Source: a virus. From it: a stretch of 37,829 bases of DNA. Positions 35,948-37,829 of the stretch are shown here, piece after piece. Under the pieces are notes generated by a model. The model was not told the origin of the DNA. It searched no databases and worked only from the letters and a program-made list of their open reading frames with translations. The stretch's first letter is position 1; every line of letters begins with the position of its first letter. Location: positions 1-37,829 of IMG/VR virus record IMGVR_UViG_3300045988_168478; one strand, 5' to 3'. A program made the translations under genes and the position numbers.

Positions 35948-36205
35948 CTAAATCTCTTCTGCAGCGCGGCGTATGCGCTCGCTCAAGTCTATCAGTGCGC
36001 CACGCATCAGCTCTGCCTCCTCGGCGTTGAAGCCGCCAGTGCCGCCGTTGCCATCGATACCGTCCATCTTGTGGTAGAACCACGACGACGACTTGTGGAA
36101 GTAGGTATTGGCAAAATCTCTCCACGATATTGCCATCATAACGTCCTTCACCCTGCTCTTCATGTCGGTTATCACGCCCGACTTCTCCAATACTACCGTC
36201 TCCAT
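35948..36205 (-). CDS. Small HTH_17 / excisionase-like DNA-binding protein (85 aa); paralogue of the gene at 36991..37380
   Basis: YFHKSSSWFYHKMDG...FNAEEAELMRGALIDLSERI aligns with YFGKSRSWLAHKLNG...FSDEELSTLKSALSDMSQKL. The G-K-S-R-S-W-x-x-x-K-x-x-G pattern resembles the AlpA/Xis HTH. Confidence 0.5.
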   Translation of the reverse strand: METVVLEKSGVITDMKSRVKDVMMAISWRDFANTYFHKSSSWFYHKMDGIDGNGGTGGFNAEEAELMRGALIDLSERIRRAAEEI

Positions 36206-36321
36206 AATCTTTTCTGTATTTAGTTAAACCTCGCCCCGTTTAAGGGGAGAGGCGCTTTGCCGTTTCTGTTACTCGTAAGGTTGTCGAAGCATATTGTCAA
36301 ACAGCTCTTGCGCAAACCATA

Positions 36322-36426
36322 TCAGTTGAGGATATCCATCGGGATAAGACCTGTTGTAGTTTCTGATTGCTTCCAGGAGCTCAACTCTTCTTCTGTCACC
36401 TTGATTGTCAGTTCTTTCTTTTTCAT
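36322..36426 (-). CDS. Tiny ORF (34 aa, MKKKELTIKVTEEELSSWKQSETTTGLIPMDILN) between a -7 promoter element and the HTH gene; possible first gene of a two-gene unit
   Basis: ATG lies 20 nt downstream of TAtcTTTGc (36447-36455). It is below the 60-aa cutoff of the ORF track. Confidence 0.2.
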   Translation of the reverse strand: MKKKELTIKVTEEELSSWKQSETTTGLIPMDILN

Positions 36427-36446
36427 ATTGTTTGTTGTTTTATTAA

Positions 36447-36455
36447 GACATTGCA
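36447..36455 (-). promoter_or_regulatory. -7 promoter element (TAtcTTTGc) for the unit of the tiny ORF and the HTH gene at 35948..36205
   Basis: Plus-strand gcaaagata. Confidence 0.4.
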
Positions 36456-36534
36456 AAGATACTATAAAAATTCGTAGTACACAAATAAATAATACGATTT
36501 TTTGTAGTATATATGAAATAAAAATACCTTAATA

Positions 36535-36563
36535 AAAAAGCCCCGGAGAATTTCCGGGGCTGG
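36535..36563 (-). terminator. Rho-independent terminator (gccccggagaatttccggggc followed by T6) after the gene at 36569..36817; near-identical to the 34955-34982 terminator
   Basis: 8-bp GC stem followed by TTTTTT. Confidence 0.7.
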
Positions 36564-36568
36564 TGTGG

Positions 36569-36817
36569 CTATTTGTTTGTTTCCAAAGCGATTTTATTGA
36601 AACTTACCCTGACATCGTTTTCAACTTTCCTCCGGTCTTGCATAAGGTTCTGCATATCTATAGATCTTCCTGAAGTCCTTCCGTCAAGCTCATTTCTGTA
36701 TTCACGCACGATGTCCGATTCTTCGTTGTATTTCCCCGAAGAAGCAGAACGCAATACAGAAACACCGTTTCTGACAAAAGTACGGATATTGCTAATAATA
36801 CCCATTTCTACCTCCAT
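36569..36817 (-). CDS. Small hypothetical protein (82 aa; start at MEVEMG) ending ...ALETNK
   Basis: -7 promoter element at 36836-36844. Shares its last 4 codons and terminator with the gene at 34987..35481. Confidence 0.4.
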   Translation of the reverse strand: MEVEMGIISNIRTFVRNGVSVLRSASSGKYNEESDIVREYRNELDGRTSGRSIDMQNLMQDRRKVENDVRVSFNKIALETNK

Positions 36818-36826
36818 AATGTTTGG

Positions 36827-36930
36827 TTTCCGCTGCAAATATAGGTACATTTTTCCGTTCCCGCAATTTTCCCATCAAATTTAGTGTTAAAATTTGACAT
36901 GAAAAGGGCGGATGGAGGGGCGGAGACATT
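36827..36930. repeat. About 104-bp direct repeat (copy 2): -7 promoter element 36836-36844, inverted-repeat operator 36875-36897, GC box 36906-36930
   Basis: See copy 1 at 35711-35814. Confidence 0.8.
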
Positions 36931-36947
36931 ATATATAGATAAAGAAA

Positions 36948-36970
36948 AGCCCCGGAACATCTCCGGGGCA
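36948..36970 (-). terminator. Rho-independent terminator (gccccggaacatctccggggc followed by a T-run) after the HTH gene at 36991..37380
   Basis: 8-bp GC stem followed by TTTTCTTT. Confidence 0.65.
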
Positions 36971-36990
36971 GGTGTGATAAAAAGGATGCA

Positions 36991-37380
36991 TTATAGAGAA
37001 ACGCTCATTGAGCCTAATTTCTGTGACATGTCGCTGAGGGCGGATTTCAGCGTGCTGAGCTCCTCGTCGGAGAACTGTGCCGCCTTGCCGTTCACTGTGT
37101 TGCCGTTCAGCTTGTGGGCGAGCCAGCTGCGCGACTTGCCGAAATACTTCTTTGCAATATACGCCATGGAGACCATCTTTGTTATTTCGCCCATCCTCTC
37201 TGCCATGGTCAGGTTCTCCACTTCCTTTGCCGTGGTCTTTACCAATGACTCCAGGGCTTCGGTGAATTCCTTGGGATTCTCGTTCTTCAGAGCTTCCATT
37301 TCGAGGGCGATGCCCTGCTTTTCCTCTTCAGTCTTCGCTGCCCTGTTCCTTGCTGCGAGTGCCTGTATTCTTTCTTTCAT
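36991..37380 (-). CDS. HTH_17 / excisionase-like DNA-binding protein with an N-terminal coiled coil (129 aa); paralogue of the gene at 35948..36205
   Basis: Shared C-terminal domain as described for the gene at 35948..36205. Confidence 0.5.
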   Translation of the reverse strand: MKERIQALAARNRAAKTEEEKQGIALEMEALKNENPKEFTEALESLVKTTAKEVENLTMAERMGEITKMVSMAYIAKKYFGKSRSWLAHKLNGNTVNGKAAQFSDEELSTLKSALSDMSQKLGSMSVSL

Positions 37381-37407
37381 ATCGTATTATGTTTTGCTTT
37401 CAAAAGC

Positions 37408-37426
37408 TCCCCTCACTTGGAGGGGA
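37408..37426 (-). terminator. Short hairpin (tcccctc acttg gagggga) between the tiny ORF and the HTH gene; weak terminator or attenuator
   Basis: 7-bp stem with a 5-nt loop, followed by gcttttg on the minus strand. Confidence 0.25.
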
Positions 37427-37431
37427 ACCTT

Positions 37432-37583
37432 TCAGCTGTTCTTAATCTGTCGTTCAATCTCGTCGATTTCCTTCTGTGCTATCTTCTGGAATGTATTGGG
37501 GAACTTTTTCCAATATTCAAGATAGAAAAGCAGGTCATCTTCTTTTTCCTTAAGTTCCTTGGATTTCCGTTTCTTCTTCATGC
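37432..37583 (-). CDS. Tiny basic ORF (50 aa, MKKKRKSKELKEKEDDLLFYLEYWKKFPNTFQKIAQKEIDEIERQIKNS) upstream of the HTH gene at 36991..37380
   Basis: ATG about 20 nt downstream of TAttaTCTTTGc (37605-37613). It is below the cutoff of the ORF track. Confidence 0.25.
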
Positions 37584-37604
37584 AATCCTTTCTTTTTATC
37601 ACAC

Positions 37605-37613
37605 TGCAAAGAT
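37605..37613 (-). promoter_or_regulatory. -7 promoter element (TAtcTTTGc) for the tiny ORF / HTH unit. A 6-bp inverted repeat TCAACAaatgTTGA lies about 40 nt upstream at 37651-37664.
   Basis: Plus-strand gcaaagata. Confidence 0.35.
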
Positions 37614-37717
37614 AATAAACTTTTGTTGATTAAACAAGAAAAACAAGGATTATTTTCAACAAATGTTGAATTATGTATAAAGAAAAAGTCCGGAATTTCT
37701 ATGAAAGAAAGAAAAGG

Positions 37718-37829
37718 TTCATTTCTTATTGAGCTTCGCTATAAGCTCAAGACTACGGGCGTTAAGTTCCAACTTCTCCGCTGCCAACTTCTCCGCTGCC
37801 AACTTCTCCGCTGCCAACTTCTCCGCTGC
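37718..37829 (-). CDS. C-terminal 36 codons plus stop of the methyltransferase CDS, if the element is circular: ...(AAEKL)4 ELNARSLELIAKLNKK then stop
   Basis: Same frame and same repeat unit as at the left end. The TGA stop is at 37718-37720. Confidence 0.45.
37770..37829. repeat. 15-bp tandem repeat (caacttctccgctgc), 4 copies; identical to the repeat at 1-55
   Basis: Direct reading of the sequence. Confidence 0.9.

Noticed and set aside
37685-37717. Possible terminator after the methyltransferase stop (tccgga palindrome)
   Set aside because: It is only a 6-bp self-complementary site with no stem-loop or U-tract, so the methyltransferase transcript probably reads into the regulatory region, or ends at an unidentified Rho-dependent site.

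Overview
The window looks like one complete temperate tailed-phage genome (or an excised prophage) of about 37.8 kb from a Bacteroidales-type host. Both ends of the window sit in the same 15-bp tandem repeat (unit caacttctccgctgc). On the minus strand that repeat is in frame inside a Dam-like DNA methyltransferase gene and encodes (AAEKL)n. The element is therefore most likely circular or terminally redundant, with the assembly broken inside the repeat. Almost every gene is on the minus strand and they are tightly packed, often with ATGA or TAATG overlaps. There are no Shine-Dalgarno sequences. Most minus-strand transcription units (at least eleven) carry a Bacteroidetes-type -7 promoter element, TAnnTTTG, 20-30 nt upstream of the start codon. 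Reading the minus strand from high to low coordinates, the modules are: a small-regulator region (37.7-34.6 kb), a four-gene operon, holin plus an outer-membrane-like protein, a long tail/baseplate/fibre operon that ends with an amidase endolysin, a plus-strand membrane moron, the tape-measure and distal tail genes, a plus-strand integrase with an HTH repressor and its switch region, the primase-helicase gene, an iteron-rich putative origin, the protease-scaffold/capsid module, terminase small-like and large subunits, and the methyltransferase. No tRNA, CRISPR array or reverse transcriptase was found. The least conventional part is the 34.6-37.7 kb region of repeated terminator / GC-box / operator / promoter cassettes, which drive paralogous excisionase-like HTH proteins and tiny upstream ORFs; this could be an acr-aca-like or regulatory hub. 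Every functional assignment comes from motifs read by eye, with no database search.
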